Assembly: GCF_009914755.1 (NCBI RefSeq)
Contig: NC_060940.1
Source: the human T2T-CHM13v2.0 reference genome, Homo sapiens
Strand: one strand, 5' to 3'
Length of the DNA: 64,000 bases
Positions 42,582-63,284 of this stretch are shown in pieces (position 1 is the first letter of the stretch; each line of letters starts with the position of its first letter). The notes under the pieces are model-generated. The model was not told the DNA's origin. It made no database searches and worked only from the letters and a program-made list of their open reading frames with translations. Made by a program: the position numbers and the translations under genes.

Positions 42582-42593
42582 TGCGCATGCGTA
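42582..42593. promoter_or_regulatory. NRF1-like site upstream of the minus-strand tRNA
   Basis: TGCGCATGCGTA, one mismatch to TGCGCATGCGCA, in CpG-retaining DNA. Confidence 0.45.
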
Positions 42594-43869
42594 GTGGGCA
42601 GCGAAGACCCACTCCTAGTTGTCCGCCCGGCGTTGGGTGGAGCGAGATACACTCACTTGCTCCAATGGGCGTGGAGAGATGGGACAAGGAAGGTCAGCGC
42701 GATGCACCTAGGCGACGCCAGAGGGTGCGCAAGGCCTACTAGAGAAGGCCGAGACCGAAGACTGTTACTTCAATACACATGCATTCGTGCCTCCAGCCTG
42801 TATTCATTCTGCATTCATACATGTACTATCATGTCAGCTTTGATTCCTGAAATCTGCAAGCAACCTTGCATTTCCCTTGTGCACAATGCAATCAAGTCCG
42901 TATACCTGCACTGATTCGCAGACATTTCCGTGGGCTGGCGCCCAATCTAGGTAAAGCCCAGGTATTGCAAGGCCGCCTGGCACTCTTACCGCGCTCTCCT
43001 TCCGAATACTCGCCCCAGCTGCAGCTTCACATTTGTATATGTGTTATAATTCATTTACTCAGGCTCCGGGATAGAACGAGGCCTGCAGCTGCACAGCCAG
43101 ACCCGCCCTATTCCTATGTCCCCAGTGCCCAAACCGTACCCGGCACACAGTAGGTACGCAGGGAAGATCCCATGGATTCATTCTTCCCTCGCTTCCTCCT
43201 TCCTGCATCCCCTCATTTCGTGACTCATCTCTCTTTTCCTGGCCCCCGCGGCATCTTCCTCTCTTCCCTTCCACCCCCTCTAGGCTTACGCACGCCGCGC
43301 ACAGGCTGTTTCCAGGGACCAGAAGACCTCGGTACCGAGAGGGTGCCCTTCTCCAGAAGGATTTCTAGGATCTCAGGGGGCTGGGCCGCTGACCTGGTGT
43401 GTAACAATTACACATTAATTAATGAATTCCCTCATTAATGACTCATATTCCTACAATGGCAGCTGCTGCCCCTCTCTGTACACAGGCACTAGAAGAGAGG
43501 GTCCAAGACCCTCGAACATCTCTGAGCCAACTTTGGAGTCCAGGGGTCAGGCCTAGAAGGTGTGAGCAGTGGGGTCACATTAACCTCTTAGTGCCCTCGG
43601 ACTTGTCTGAGATGGTATCACAGAGCGGCCTCGGCCAGAGAACAGCAGCACTTACCACCCTTGGATTAGATTCCCTTGAGATGCTTGGAGCTTGGGATGC
43701 AGCCCCATGGGGGTGGGCAGAGGTCCTGGTTATCTGAAAGACAATGAAATCCTCCTCTTTCCCTGTCCCAAATGTCCTCTCCTCATTGACTGCCAGAATT
43801 CTTTCCTTTAGGTTTAGCACTAAACTCTTTTGTGTCCTCTTCTAAAATACAAATTGCCCTGGAAGCTGG

Positions 43870-45620
<1,751 letters not shown>

Positions 45621-46989
45621 CACGAAGGCCATAGGGGAGCCAGGTTACTAGATGCTTGGTTTCCCTTGAAGGCAAGGGCTTTGAAGCAGGGGCTGCTAGC
45701 TTCCCACTTTCACCCCATTTTGCAGACCAGGGAGGTAAGGCTCAGGTGGGCTGAGTGACTTGCCCAAGGTCCTCTTTGGGGCAGAAGCCCTGCACTCTCC
45801 ACCTCTGGGACCCTCCCTTCATTTCTTGCATCACCAACCTTTCTGAGTGCACATCATTTTAGAGAGAAGGGAACAGAGGTAGCGCCAGAGCTGGAGCCCA
45901 CACCAGCCCCGCCCTGCCTGCTGCCCTCCTGGCCGGCCTGGGAGAAAGTGCTCCCTTGATGGGGCTCAGCACCAGGTTCCCACACAGCTCTGTCTCTTGG
46001 GTTTGGGTGGATGATCAGGTGTCCCCCCTCGACACCTTTCATGTGACACCCTCCTGGCCTGGAGGAAGCCTTGTACCCCTAGGTCCCTGAGACCAAAATT
46101 GGGAAGGGAGAAGGCCACCATTTCTGTTTATGTCCTGTTTCCACCTTATCAGCAGCCTAGACGCCAACAATGAGCCCTGTGGGACAGGCCTCACCCATTC
46201 CCTGCTCCGGACATTTGTCCAGCTTGGGGAAAAAAAAGTCCCCTGGGTGGAGCTTGAAAAGCCCACAAGCAGCTGGGGAAGCCCCGACGTGGCTCTTCCT
46301 GTACTTTGCCCTACTTTGCACAGATGAAGTCAGATGGCCAAATGAGGACCTAGTGTTTGTCCAGCCAAGGTGCCTGAAAGGGGTAATTCCTAGCATTCCT
46401 GGGACTTCAGCACACATCACCAGCCCTCCCAGGGACAAGTGTGGCAAGAAGCTGAGTATTAGTGAATGTTTCCTTTCCATCCATTACCTCACTTAATGTT
46501 CAGCACAGCACCACAACACAGGTCATCATTACCCCCATTTTACAGGAAAGTGAGGCTCAGAGAGACCACATGAATTACCCAGAGTCACACAGCTGATAAA
46601 TGGAACTTGATTTGTCTGGCTCAAAACTCCTTGAGGCCAGGTGTGGTGGCTCACACCTGTAATCCTAACACTTTGAGAGGCCGGGGTGGGAGGATCGCTT
46701 GAGCCCAGGAGGTCGAGGCTGCAGTGAGCCGTGATCATGCCACCTCACTCCAGCCCGGGCAACAGAGTGAGATGCTGTCTCAAAAACAAAACAAAACAAA
46801 ACAAAACAAAACAAAACAAAACCCCTTCTTGAATGCTGTGTGCCTAGCATTGTGCCAAGCACTTTCTTTACATTGTCTCCTTAATAAAGGCCATGAGGCC
46901 GGGCGCGGTGGCTCACACCTGTAATCCTGGCACTTTGGGAGGCCGAGGCGGGCGGATCACCTGAGGTCAGGAGTTCGAGACCAACCTTA

Positions 46990-47220
<231 letters not shown>

Positions 47221-47913
47221 TCACATGGCAGGATGGACTTTGAGATGCTGTTTTTAGTCCTGTTTGTTTTCATTATTAAAGGAGATTTAAAAGAAAGGGT
47301 AGGATTTTCCCAGTAAGGCAGTCCAAGTAGCATGGCCAAGCTTTTGTTATTTAGGCTCTGGTTTTCTTGGCTGAGGGTGGAGGGCAGAAGCCACAGGGTG
47401 CCAGGAGCAAATGCCTGTTAAAGTCCTTGTTTGGACATCTTGACCACTGAGGGGAGAAGCCAGGCCAGCCCCAGGGGAATGGGGGAATCTGGAGGTGAAG
47501 TGGATGAGGCAGGCAAAGATGTCTAACAGGATGGGGTAGGGAAAATTTGGTCCCTCAGGAGCTGGAGCCAAAGACCCCAAGGTCCACCCTTGGCATAGAG
47601 GGAGTCAGGCGGCTCAATTTCTTGGCTATGAGTGGATCACGTGGACAGTGAGCATTTCAGTGACGACCAGAATAGACCAAAGGCCAGGAGCTCACTTCCA
47701 AGTTCTCTGGACTGCTTCTGCCCATGCCCCCTAAGCCTTTGGCCACCCTAGAAGGAGAACCCCAGGAATGGCTGAGACGACAGCTTACCACCCTGATAGG
47801 CAGGGAGTAGAGGGCCAATTTTTTTTGAAATGGAGTTTCGCTCTTGTTGCCCAGGCTGAAGTGCAATGGTGTGATCTTGGCTCACTGCAACCTCCATTTC
47901 CCAGTTCAAGTGA

Positions 47914-48372
<459 letters not shown>

Positions 48373-50504
48373 CAGCAAAATAAAACAATGTGACTTTTTT
48401 ATTTTATTTTATTTTTTTTGAGACAAGATCTTACTCTGTCACCCAGGCTGGAGTGTAGTGGTGCAATCACAACTAACTCCAGCCTCGACTGCCTGGGCTC
48501 AAGTGATCCTTCCACCTCAGCCTCCCGAGTAGCTAGCACTACAGGCACAAGCCACCACGCCTGGCTAATTTTTGCAAAAAAACATTTCTGTAGAGATGGG
48601 GTCTCAATATATTGCCTAGGGTGGTCTTGAACTCCTGGCCTCAAGCACACCTCCCACCTCAGCCTCCCAAAATGCTGACATTATAGGCATGAGCCACTGT
48701 GCCCAGCCTAATATGACAGTTCTTGTGCCTGGTGAATACTATGGGGCCAGTTTGACCTGCCAATCTGACTTTGTGGAGAGAATCTCTAGCCTGCCCTCCC
48801 CACAACCACAGTGCATCCTGACTGCCTCACCTGAGTCAGCCGTGACCAGCTTTCCGACCTCTTCCCCCACCTTCATCTCCCACCTCCATTTATCTGGTTT
48901 TCCAATACAAAACGTACTCCCTCTGCAGGGTCTATGAAACTGGCCGTTTCCTCTGTCTAGAGCCATCTTCTTCAAATGACTCTTCCTCAGCGCGTGGCTA
49001 AAGCAGCCCCCACCTCTCCTCCCACTCATTTGCTATCTGGCCACCCTATTTGAGATCCGAAGTCACCGTGTTCATTGGCTGGCTTATCTGTTGATCGTGT
49101 TTCTCCCTGACTAGGCTCTGGGCTCTGCGAAGGCAGGGACCTTGGCCATCTAGTTCACCAGGGTATTCCTGGCAGGTAGGGCATTCCTGTCACATAGCAG
49201 GAGCTTGGTAAGTAAATAGTACATGAGTGGGTGAACGGACAAAGGGATGCATGGATGGATGGATGGACGGACGGACAGACGACTGAGTCAATTCTCTGGG
49301 CTCTTCAAGTCAGCTTTTTGTGCCTCTCTAGTGGAGCTCAGGAAGCCTGGGTTCCCCCCTGGGAAGGCCATTCATGACCCTTGCCTTCCCCAGGAGTCTT
49401 CATCTCTGAGTCCCGTGCCTAGCCCTCCCCATTGGGATAACAACCCTTTTGCCTGCCTGGGCTTGGGGACCTCCAGACCCTCGGGAAGGTCCATCTGCTC
49501 TGTCTTTCTGGGCTAAAAGGTTCCTGTGTTCTGCTCAGAGCTGCACCAGGGCAGAGTTTTCTCTCGGGGTGGGCTGCATCCTTAGTGTGGGGTATGGGAT
49601 GCAGTGTCTGAGGTCGAGGCCTCTGGATGGTCTCCTGATGTGCTTCCTATGGCCATATCAGTGGCAACAGGTGGAAATACTGCTGTGCTCCTTGGTAAAT
49701 GGGGCTGCAATGAGCCTCCCATAGTCCCCACGACCATCCTGGCCCTTCCCCTCTCCGGGATTCCCCACAACCCCCAAAACTCCTGGGCACCCAGCACTAA
49801 GGCTATTATCTGCTCTCACTGGCATGTGCCCTACTAGCCATCACATCTTTTGAACATTTCCGCCAGACTAAGATCATGTCTTTCCTGTTCAATCTCATAC
49901 TCCAGTACTCTTGGGAGCCTCTTTTTATTCAATCCAACCTGCATTCTGGTCACTTTTCACTCTCACCTCACATCCCTCTCCCTCCCCATCCTGTGTGGCC
50001 CCCTTAGTCTTTGGGTACCAAACCTCCTGATTCTCCTTTGGGAAACCCCTCCGTGGCCACTGTCAGTCCCATCAGGAAAGGTGAGGCTGACTCTCCTCTC
50101 CTCTCATGCTGGGAATGGTCAGACGACTCACATCTGCTAGTCAGCCATTCCACCCATCTTGCCACAACACTGATTGGTTCAGAAATGAGTGCAGAATTCC
50201 AGTTGGTCCAGTGGGAGTCTGGCCTGGGGGAACACTTGGAATAGAGAAGCTGGGTGCGGGGTCAGGTGGCTGAGCTGGTGGTGGCTGTCTTTGCTATGCC
50301 ATCCAGAACCTACTTGAGAAGGAAAGCTGGAAAATATACAATGTCAGCTCTCTGACGACATTGACGACATTGGAAAGCCTGGAGCTAGCTGTCCCTCAAT
50401 TTATCCCTTTTGGTCTTGTCAGTTTCATGAGCCAATGCCCTTTTACACTTATGCCAGTTTAATGTGAACCTCTGTCACATGTAACCCAAAGAAAAATACA
50501 GCCT

Positions 50505-51484
<980 letters not shown>

Positions 51485-51811
51485 GCTTAGATGGCTCCTC
51501 TGCAAAACATCAGGAAACAAGAGATCAGATCCTGCCTGATTAAATGATGCAGACTTAGTGGAAGAGAAAGAACTCCAGGGATGCCAAAGAGGAGGAGGTG
51601 TGCTGGAGAAGGTGGGCAGAGAAGGACCGGTCTGACCTATATGGGCTGAGAGGAGGGGGAAGGCATTCCATGGAGCCCATCATGAGCAAAGGCCTAGGGG
51701 TGGGACTGAGAGAAGATGGGTCTCAGGAGAACCAAGGATGGTATGGAGTCCAGTTGAGATAGGGCATCAATTTCTCCAGGAAAGCCAGGGATCCTGGGGA
51801 AAGTGCAATAA

Positions 51812-52486
<675 letters not shown>

Positions 52487-53412
52487 TGAGCCACTGCTCC
52501 TGGCCCTGTGTGCATCGTGAGAGCCCAGAGCTGGTGCAGCCATTTCTCCAGCCTTCCAGAGTCAGAGCTAGCCCCTAAACTGCTTGGACCCAGTGTTGCA
52601 GGCCATATCCGGGACGCAAACCCATCCAAGTGGGGCTTCCAAGGAGGGAAATGGGGACCACAACCCTGGGGAGGGGAAGGAACCCACAGCTGAAGCCCTT
52701 TTCCACCTGCGTGAAGCCACTCAGAGTTTTGACATTTCCTCTGGAAATTCTTTATCTTCAAATAACTCCCCATTTCCCTCTGGATTTTGATATGCCTAAT
52801 GCTATTTTCTCCAGGCCTGTTTGTTGCAGTCTTTCTCTATGGTTGCTGGGACTCAGATCCTAGAAGACCAACCTATGTCCTTTGTCCTGGGGACCTCAGC
52901 AGAGGATGTGCCAGCAGGGGCACAGGTGGGTCTGCCCAGGGGAGGTGCCTGGACAGGCAACAGGTGGACTCTTGGAGTCCCAGGAGGTCATGACAGGGTG
53001 GTGCAAGTCGCGTGCCCTGTTCCCCAGCCAGAGACACGGTGGGCAGGGCAGGGGAGGGTGGGGGCTGGGGGAGTCATGTTTCCCAAAATGCACTGCTTTT
53101 GCAACGTGAAAGGAAAAAGAGCCATGAAAATTACTTTTCATTCTAAAAAAAGAGCATTACTGATGCCTCCTTTGTTCTCCAAAGGTTTCAGCAGATATAC
53201 AGAGCAAGTTTCTTCATTTATCAAGTTCCTCATAAAAATGAGAGTCTGATGCAAAATTTTTCTAGGTCAGGTTGTCTGAGAAAGTTTCCAAGTTGCTGAA
53301 GGAGCTCAACACCTTCACCCGCCCTCAGCTCTCCTCTGGTTCCCTCCCACGGGAGCCTTTCCTGACCTCCAGCCTGGGTCAGCTCCCCTGTCTGCACCAG
53401 AACCCTTGGCAT

Positions 53413-53413
<1 letters not shown>

Positions 53414-53459
<46 letters not shown>

Positions 53460-53472
53460 CAGAGAGAGAGAG
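53414..53472. repeat. (TG)n followed by (AG)n microsatellite
   Basis: About 22 TG units, then AG units. Confidence 0.95.
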
Positions 53473-54505
53473 AGGAGAGTCTTAGGCTACGTGTGTCCCC
53501 ACCAGACCCCACACTCATGTGAGCTGGGACTCTTCAATCCCCACAGATCTTGGTGCCTGCTTCCCTGTAGGAACTGTTTTTGTTTTTGAGACAGGGTCTT
53601 GCTCTGTCACCCAGGTTGGAATGCAGTGGCTCGATCATGACTCAATGCAGCCTCAACCTTCTAGGCTCAAATGATCCTCCCACCTCAGCCTCCCGATTTG
53701 CTGGGACTTTAGGCATGCACCACCAAGCCTGGATAACTTTTGTATTTTTTGTAGAGACAGAGTCTCACTATGTTGCCCAGGGTGGTCTTGAATTTCTGGA
53801 CTCAAGTGATCCTCCTGCCTTGGCCTCCAAAAGTGCTGGGATTTCAGTCACTGAGGCTGGCCTCCTTGTAGGAAGTATTTATTAATTGAAAGAACAAATG
53901 AATAAATCCCCCAATAAATCCCCAATTCAGAGTGTTTCCCCCGTATGTTCATAGCACCCCAACTAGGGCCCTCAGTACTTGTGCTCAAGTCCTCAAGATT
54001 ACATTTTGGGGATCCAGTTCTCTCCTGGTTAATGTCTGACTATGGAAGAGAAGGATGTTCCTCTCTCCACCTGCCCAGCTCTTCAATTGACCTCTTGGCC
54101 ATCAGATTGAGTGGCCACCCTGTGCCAGCCCCAGAGACCCCACGTGGGTCTGGGGGCAGTACTGTGTGTTTTCATGAAGTTCCTAGTTGTCTCTGGAGTG
54201 TTCGGGAACCACATTTACAGGTGAGTCAAATGGAGCCACAACTGAATGTTCAGGTCCCCATCCTCTGAGAACTGTTGGGGGAAAACTGAGGTAAGGGATT
54301 TGGAAACGTTCAGAGAAGATGAAGAGGGTCTGGAGCAAGGGTGAGTGCAGATCCTCAGGAGCAGATGGTCCCTTTCAAGCTATTTGTGCACACCTCAGGA
54401 GGCAGGAGTGTTGAACTGTGAGGTTCTTCATCAAATCTCTTCAAGGCATTAGTGCCATGTGGGTGGGAGAGGTGACGAAAGGAAGCCCTAGAATTCTGCT
54501 AGCTT

Positions 54506-55180
<675 letters not shown>

Positions 55181-55549
55181 CTAGAAGACCACAACTAGGA
55201 CTTGATCGGGCAGAAGAGGACAGGACTTTGGCGGTGATGGCTTGGCCACGAGATGGATGTGGCGTCTCTGAGGGGTGGGCTCTGACAGAGGGTATGAGGG
55301 GAGGCTGGTGGGGATGGGTGTGTGCCAGCATCTATGTCTATGGGTGTGTAGAAGTGTGTCTTTGTGTCTCTGGAAATGAGAACACGTGTGAGTGTCTGAA
55401 GTGTGTTTTTGTACATTGCACATGTGTGATTGTGTGCAAGTATATATGTTGGTTCAGAAATAGTCTATGGGGATGAGGGCACTGGGCTGGGTGAGTGTAT
55501 ATATGTCTGTGGAGGCATTTTCATGCAGCTGGGTTAGTCACTGTGGGGT

Positions 55550-55760
55550 TTTGTGTGTATGTGTGTGTGTATGTGTGTGTAAGTGGGTGTATATGTGTAT
55601 ATATGTATATATGTGTGTATGTGTGTATGTGTGTGTATATGTATATGTGTGTATGTCTGTGTGCATGTGCGTGTATATGTGAGTATGCATGTGTATGCAT
55701 GTGTGTGTATGTGTGTGTATATGTGTGTGTGTGTGTGTATGCGTGTATATGTTTGTGTGG
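55550..55760. repeat. Degenerate (TG/TA)n low-complexity tract
   Basis: Alternating purine-pyrimidine TGTGTA-type repeats. Confidence 0.9.
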
Positions 55761-57794
55761 TGGGGATGAGGAGTGATAAGGATGGGGCAAAGAAGCACTA
55801 TGAACTTGGGATTGAGCTGATCAGAGCTGTACTGCTGGTAGACTTGTGGAAAGTTCTAGACTTGGGGGCAGAAGAGCCATATTCAAATCCCACCTTTGCC
55901 ACTTTTCAGCACATGGCCTCAATGGTTTCTCCCCCTCTCCGTGCCTCAGTTTCCTCATCTATAAAATGGGCATCATTACCCTTATGATCTCCTGGGGCTG
56001 ACCAGGACACCAAGAACCCTGGTGGCTCAGTTCACCCTGAGGAAAGGGAATGAGAAGGGGGCTCCTGTTCTTCTGTGCTCTTGGAATTTCTTACCAAGAG
56101 CATGTGTTATTTTTATAATAAAAAAGAAGCTGGAAAAAGGTGTCGGTGAACTGGAACCCCTGGACACATTTCTCAGCCCAGCTGGGGAGATGCTTGTGGT
56201 TCTGGAGAGAGAGGACCACAGTCAGGGCTTGAGGTTGTTTGCCAGGGGATAGGGTGTGAGGCTGGGTAGGCTCTGGATGGCCTCTCCCTCCCCAGGAGCC
56301 AGCTCTGAATGTCATTGCCTAACTTTGAGAAGATAGGGATGCTGCTTCCAGGAGGCCTGCCAGCTTGTATACCTGACCAAGGAGAATGGAACCCCACCCA
56401 GTGCCTGGACAAACAGGACAAAATCACCTGCAGAAACAGCTCCTACCAGACATGAGATTAAGTCAAATGGAAACTTAGCTTTCACAATGTCAGTTTCTTT
56501 TTCTTTCCTTTTACTTATTGACTTTTAATTCTCCCATGTCCCAGATGAATCACAAAAAGCTGTTATCAGAGATTTCCTCTGATTACCTTGCCTCTGGGGA
56601 GGGAGGAAAAGGCTTTCACTTTCCTTTTTTGTACCTTTCATAATAAGGTTTGAATTTTCTAACCTTGTGTATCTCTTTTCCCTGTTTCTGCCCCCACTTC
56701 CTCCTCCTGCAGGCATTAGGTCTCTGACCAGAGATCCTGCCTTTTGGGGGGTTTTCTTCTTGGAATCTCAGTGTATGTGTATTAAAAGGAAACAAAAACT
56801 GCAGTCAATGTTATATAATTTTTTAAAAATACCAAAGTGCTGGATTTCAATACTTTTCTATTTTTTACAGTGCATACATATATATGTATATATATGTGTG
56901 TGTATATATATCCCCCCCACAGGGATTACATTTGCATAATTTAACTTTCAAAAGGTGCAAAGTAAGAATAAACAGATGAAAACTTTCCTTCCATCCCTGA
57001 CTCCTGCTTCCTTCCCCAGAGGCAAGCCCTGCGGTACTGGTTCCTCATGTAGCCCTCCAGGAAATTTTCTGCATATACAAGTTGATGTATACAGGCATTC
57101 CCACCTTCCCCCACCTTTCTCCTTAAACTGTCATCTTCTATGCATACTGGCCTTGTTCTTTTTCCTCCTCCACTTAACAATGTATCTTGGTGGTTGTTTG
57201 CAAGAGCACAGAAATGCCTATAAAATCTGGTCATTTTACAGAAGGGGAAACTGAGGCCCAGAGAGGTCTAGAACCCAGTCTTGAATCACGGTTCAGGGCT
57301 CCTTCTTCAAGTTGAAGGTGAAATGGGTAGGGATAAACTTTTCCTGCTCAGACACATCCTTTTACAAGGCTCCTTCACTGAGTGAAATGGAACTTAGGCC
57401 AATATTTATTTGTTTGTTTGTCTTAGGTGCCTCGGATTCTCAGAAGGAAAACAGGAAACCAGTGCCTCGCTCCCTCAGAGATGGCTGCCTTCCAGCCCAA
57501 ACAGGGGTCTGGTCTGTGGAACTCCCTCCAGCTCTGCCACGATAACTGTGTGGCCTCCGGTGGGTCGCCTCCCCTCTCTACATCTCCCCAGCTGGAATTT
57601 GTTGCTTTCTCTTCTGGGTTCCCACAACATGGTTTATAACCATTTCAACCAACCCCCTAACTTCCTCTTCTCACCCTTAAATCATCTTTAGTTAATTGAG
57701 CATTTACGATGTTCCGGGGCTGTGTCCAGTACTTTTCATGTGTTGAAGTCTCAAAACAATATTGAGAGGTAGGGGGAATTTTTTTTTTTTTTTA

Positions 57795-58016
<222 letters not shown>

Positions 58017-59469
58017 TTACATCACACAGTTAGTGTTGAAGGCAGAAATCATACCAGGGCAGCTCTGCCAACTCACAGTTCCTAATGTAATCCACTGCTC
58101 CCTTGCACCTAGATATTAAAGTGTGAGCTTAGGCATCCCAAAAAGGCTGGGCCCAGAGAAGGAAGGCAGATAGCCCAAAGACACACAGCTACTGGGGGTG
58201 AGTGGGAAGTGGAACGTTTCTTAGGCTTTTTGGATATTTATCATGTGCTGGATGCTGGTGACATGGAGATGAATAGAACACCTTCTGTTTGCTCCCAAGT
58301 TGCTCAGGGGATCTTCTCATCTGTATAATGGTCGGAGTTAGGTGTTGGCCAGCACCTACCTGGCTTAGACCATTGGTGCCTCCAGAGTGATGAGCAATAG
58401 CTAGGCACCAGGCACTGTGCAGTTTGCAAGTGTATTCTTCATAGCAACCTAAGAAAACAGGTGCCCTTGTCCCATTTTATAGATGAGGAAACTGAGGCAT
58501 GGAGAGGCGAAGGAGCAGCAGCCCTGGCACCAGAGCTCTGGTCTGACCCAGCCTAGTCCTAGCTATCCCACAGCTCTATCTCCTTGGCTTGGGAACTGCA
58601 GGGCACTGTGAATGAGTATGGGGGAAGGTAGTGTATAAATCATACTTCCGATTATTATTATCAGTGGGGTATTGGCACTGGAGGGGCATCATCAAGTCTG
58701 GGTGGGAAGAGTGGATGTTTGGACAGAGGCCCTTTCCTGGCCTTTCATCATCCAAAACAGAGCAGCCAAACTCCTTCCTCAGACAGGAAGGTGACTCAGA
58801 TGTTCCTCTAGGAAAGTCCAAGTCCAGCTGGGAGCGCAGAAAGTCCCACTGGCCCTCCCAGAAGCTCCTTGGTTTCTCTCCACAGCGTGGTCTGAGAGGA
58901 AAGTTCCCAGGTGATTTCTCTGGCAGGGAGACATAGAGCTCTCAGCAGCTGAAGAACAATCAGAAAAAATTTTTTAAAAATCTCAATCCTGGGATCCCTA
59001 GATATGGGGAAACTGAGGCCACAGAGAGGCAGTGGTTTACCCAAAGTCCCACAGAAAGTTAGAGGCAGAGGCCAGTCCTATCTGGAACGCGGAACGGCAC
59101 TGGCCAAGGCTGCTGTGTGCTGGAGGCTGAGGACACTATGATGGGCCAGGCCCAGGGCCTGCCGGGAAGTGCTTCTGGCTCAGCAGGGGGCAAGGCCCTG
59201 GCTGGGCAAAGGCTGCATGGCATGTCCACTCTGTGCTGGAGGGAAGTGGCTGCCCAATGGCCCAGAGGAGGACACCATGAAATTCTGTCTGGTGTGTGTG
59301 CACGTGCTGGGGACATATCAGGGCTCTCAGATGGGGGTCTGGAAAGATGCATTTTGCCAGGTGGAGAAGGGAGGAAGGACTTTCCTGTAGGAGGGAACAG
59401 CATGAGCTGAGGCTCAGAGGTGGGCACTTTGCCCAGGGACTGTGAGGTGCAGTGGAATGTATGAGTTGA

Positions 59470-60010
<541 letters not shown>

Positions 60011-60334
60011 ATTTCGAACATTGTATTCAGGTTCAGCGTGGTCCAGAACTAGATCTGGATTCTCCTTCCGTGCTCTTACCTCTGCACTCAGTTCCATTTT
60101 GCTATTTTGGGGCTCCAAGAAATCCTTCTCACAACCTCACTCAGTGTTGCAGACCCCTGAAGGGTGGTATGGAGAAAGGGCAATCCGGGAAAAAGGGCTT
60201 GTGGGGCTTTTGGAAAATTCCCAGCTGTGGGATTGGGATTCAACCCTAGAGGTTAGGACAAGAGGGAGGAGGTTTCTCTAGGAAGATGGGAGTTGAGGAA
60301 GGGGGGCTGCCCCAGATGGAGCAGAGAGACACCC

Positions 60335-60348
60335 CCGCCCCCTGCAGG
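60335..60348 (-). promoter_or_regulatory. Candidate CTCF motif
   Basis: CCTGCAGGGGGCGG on the minus strand resembles the CTCF core. Motif only. Confidence 0.3.
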
Positions 60349-60769
60349 GGCCCTCTTGCCTCTGCTCTGGAAGGACAGGTCCACCGGAGAGGGAGGTCAC
60401 AGATTTACACGCATCTGTAACACAGAAAGAATTTGCATGGGCCTCCCAGGCAGGGACACAGAATACCCAGAATAGCAGGAATAGCTGGGCTGGGAATAGC
60501 AGGGGAGGGCAGAGTGGCGCTCGGGACTCTTTGAGCAGCTCAGCCTCCTGCCCTGGTTTGGGGGTCCTCTGTCCCTCCTGCAGCCAGCACTCTGCCATCT
60601 TTGTGACCCAGCTGCTCTCTGGGTCTGCATCTTTTTCTGTAGTGGCTGCTGCTACATTCTCCTTAGGTCAGCCACGGCTCCCACTTCCTCACGTCCTTCC
60701 CTGGGGTGGGTGGGGGATGGGGTCTTGGCTTCTGTGACATTCCCTTCCCCATGTCAGAAGCACAGCGGG

Positions 60770-61569
<800 letters not shown>

Positions 61570-62332
61570 GAAGCACAGCAGGGGTGGGTTAGAGGGGCTG
61601 GCAACCCTAACACATTCTTCCAGAGGAGTGCCTTCCCAATGATTGTCTTTTCAACCTCGTAATGATTTAATATCTAATTTATTTATGTATTATAACATAA
61701 ATACTAAATTTACTTTTCAATCAACCTTACGTGGGCATGATATAACAGTGAAATGTAAGCCTCCCTCCCTGTCCCTGACCTCTAGTTACCCTCTCCAGAG
61801 GTAAGGACTCTTGCCAGTTTTTTCAACAATGGTTTTTATGGTGATTTATGCATTTGAGAGTTTTTGAGATGCTGATGAAAAGTCCCTAGAGGAAGCAATA
61901 GGAAAGCAAGATCATGAAATGCCCAGAAAACACAGTCAAACAATCTTTTCTCTGGGCCATCTTCCTTTGCAAACAGTGGTGAAAGCTCCCCTTCCTGTAT
62001 CCCAGCTAAGCACCTCTTCTTGGTGTGAGAAACTGACTGTGATTCTGCTCTGTGGGTCTCCAAATCTGATGAGACAGGTTATCACTCCATTCCAGATTGA
62101 TCCTACTGATTGAGTTCCCAAACCAGCCCATTACATTGACCACTGGGAGGTCTGGGTGACTACTATTGGTTCTGGCTATAACCCCTAGTCCAGTTGGTTG
62201 TGGCCTTGGTGATGGGTTACTGGTTTCTAGTATTGTAAGCCTATATGTACATGGAACCCCTGTCCTTCTTTTCCTACATATATGATAGTATACAGAACAA
62301 ATTGTTCTAAATGTTCTCTACAAGTGACTTGG

Positions 62333-62437
62333 ACCACTCTCACCAGTTCTCTTTAACATTGCACTAGAAGTGGAAGCTAGTGCAATAAGTCAAGGAAAAG
62401 AAATAAAAGTCATAAGGATTTGGGGGGGAAGCAAAAT

Positions 62438-62470
<33 letters not shown>

Positions 62471-62910
62471 GAGACGGGGTCTTGCTTTGCCACCCAGGAT
62501 GGAGTGCAGTAGTGCAGTCATGGCTCACCACAGCTTCAAACTTCTGGGCTCAAATGATCCTCCTACCTCAGCCTTCAAAGTAGCTGGGACTACAGGCTGA
62601 TCTTGAACTGGGCTCAAGAGTTCCTCCCGCCTTGGCCTCCCAAAATGCAAGCCACCACGCTCAACTCCAAACTATCATTATTTACATGACATGATTAGGT
62701 ACAGAGAAATTTCCAGTAAGTCTACAGACAAGCTACTGGAATCAATAAGTGAATCTGTGCAGAAGTTGATCTTGGTTGAAAAAGAAAGAAAACAAACAAA
62801 AATAAGTGAATTTGGAATGGCTGCTGCATCCAAGGTTAATATTTAAAAGTTAATTATATTTTTATAAATAAGCAACATATATAGACATTTGCATTAAAAA
62901 ATGAAACAAT
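62333..62910 (+). mobile_element. Old L1M ORF2 (reverse transcriptase region) fragment, interrupted by an Alu
   Basis: CCACTCTCACCA..TTTAACATTGCACTAGAAG..GCAATAAGTCAAGGAAAAGAAATAAAAG..ATGACATGATT, degenerate PLSP/LFNI/KEIKG/DDMI motifs. Confidence 0.7.
62440..62470. repeat. (ATT)n microsatellite (Alu tail)
   Basis: About 10 ATT units. Confidence 0.9.
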
Positions 62911-62974
62911 TGGCAGGACATGGTGGCTCGTGCCTGTAATCCCAGCACTTTGGGAGGCCGAGATGGGCAGATCA

Positions 62975-63193
<219 letters not shown>

Positions 63194-63284
63194 TCAAAAA
63201 AAAAAAAAAAAAAAGAAAAGAAACATTTTAACTAAAAACTTAAAATGCTATATGATAGAATAAATGATGAAAAATCTCGAAATA

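Noticed and set aside
55467-55987. Cys/Val/Tyr- and His/Thr-rich ORFs
   Set aside because: Translations of the (TG/TA)n tract.
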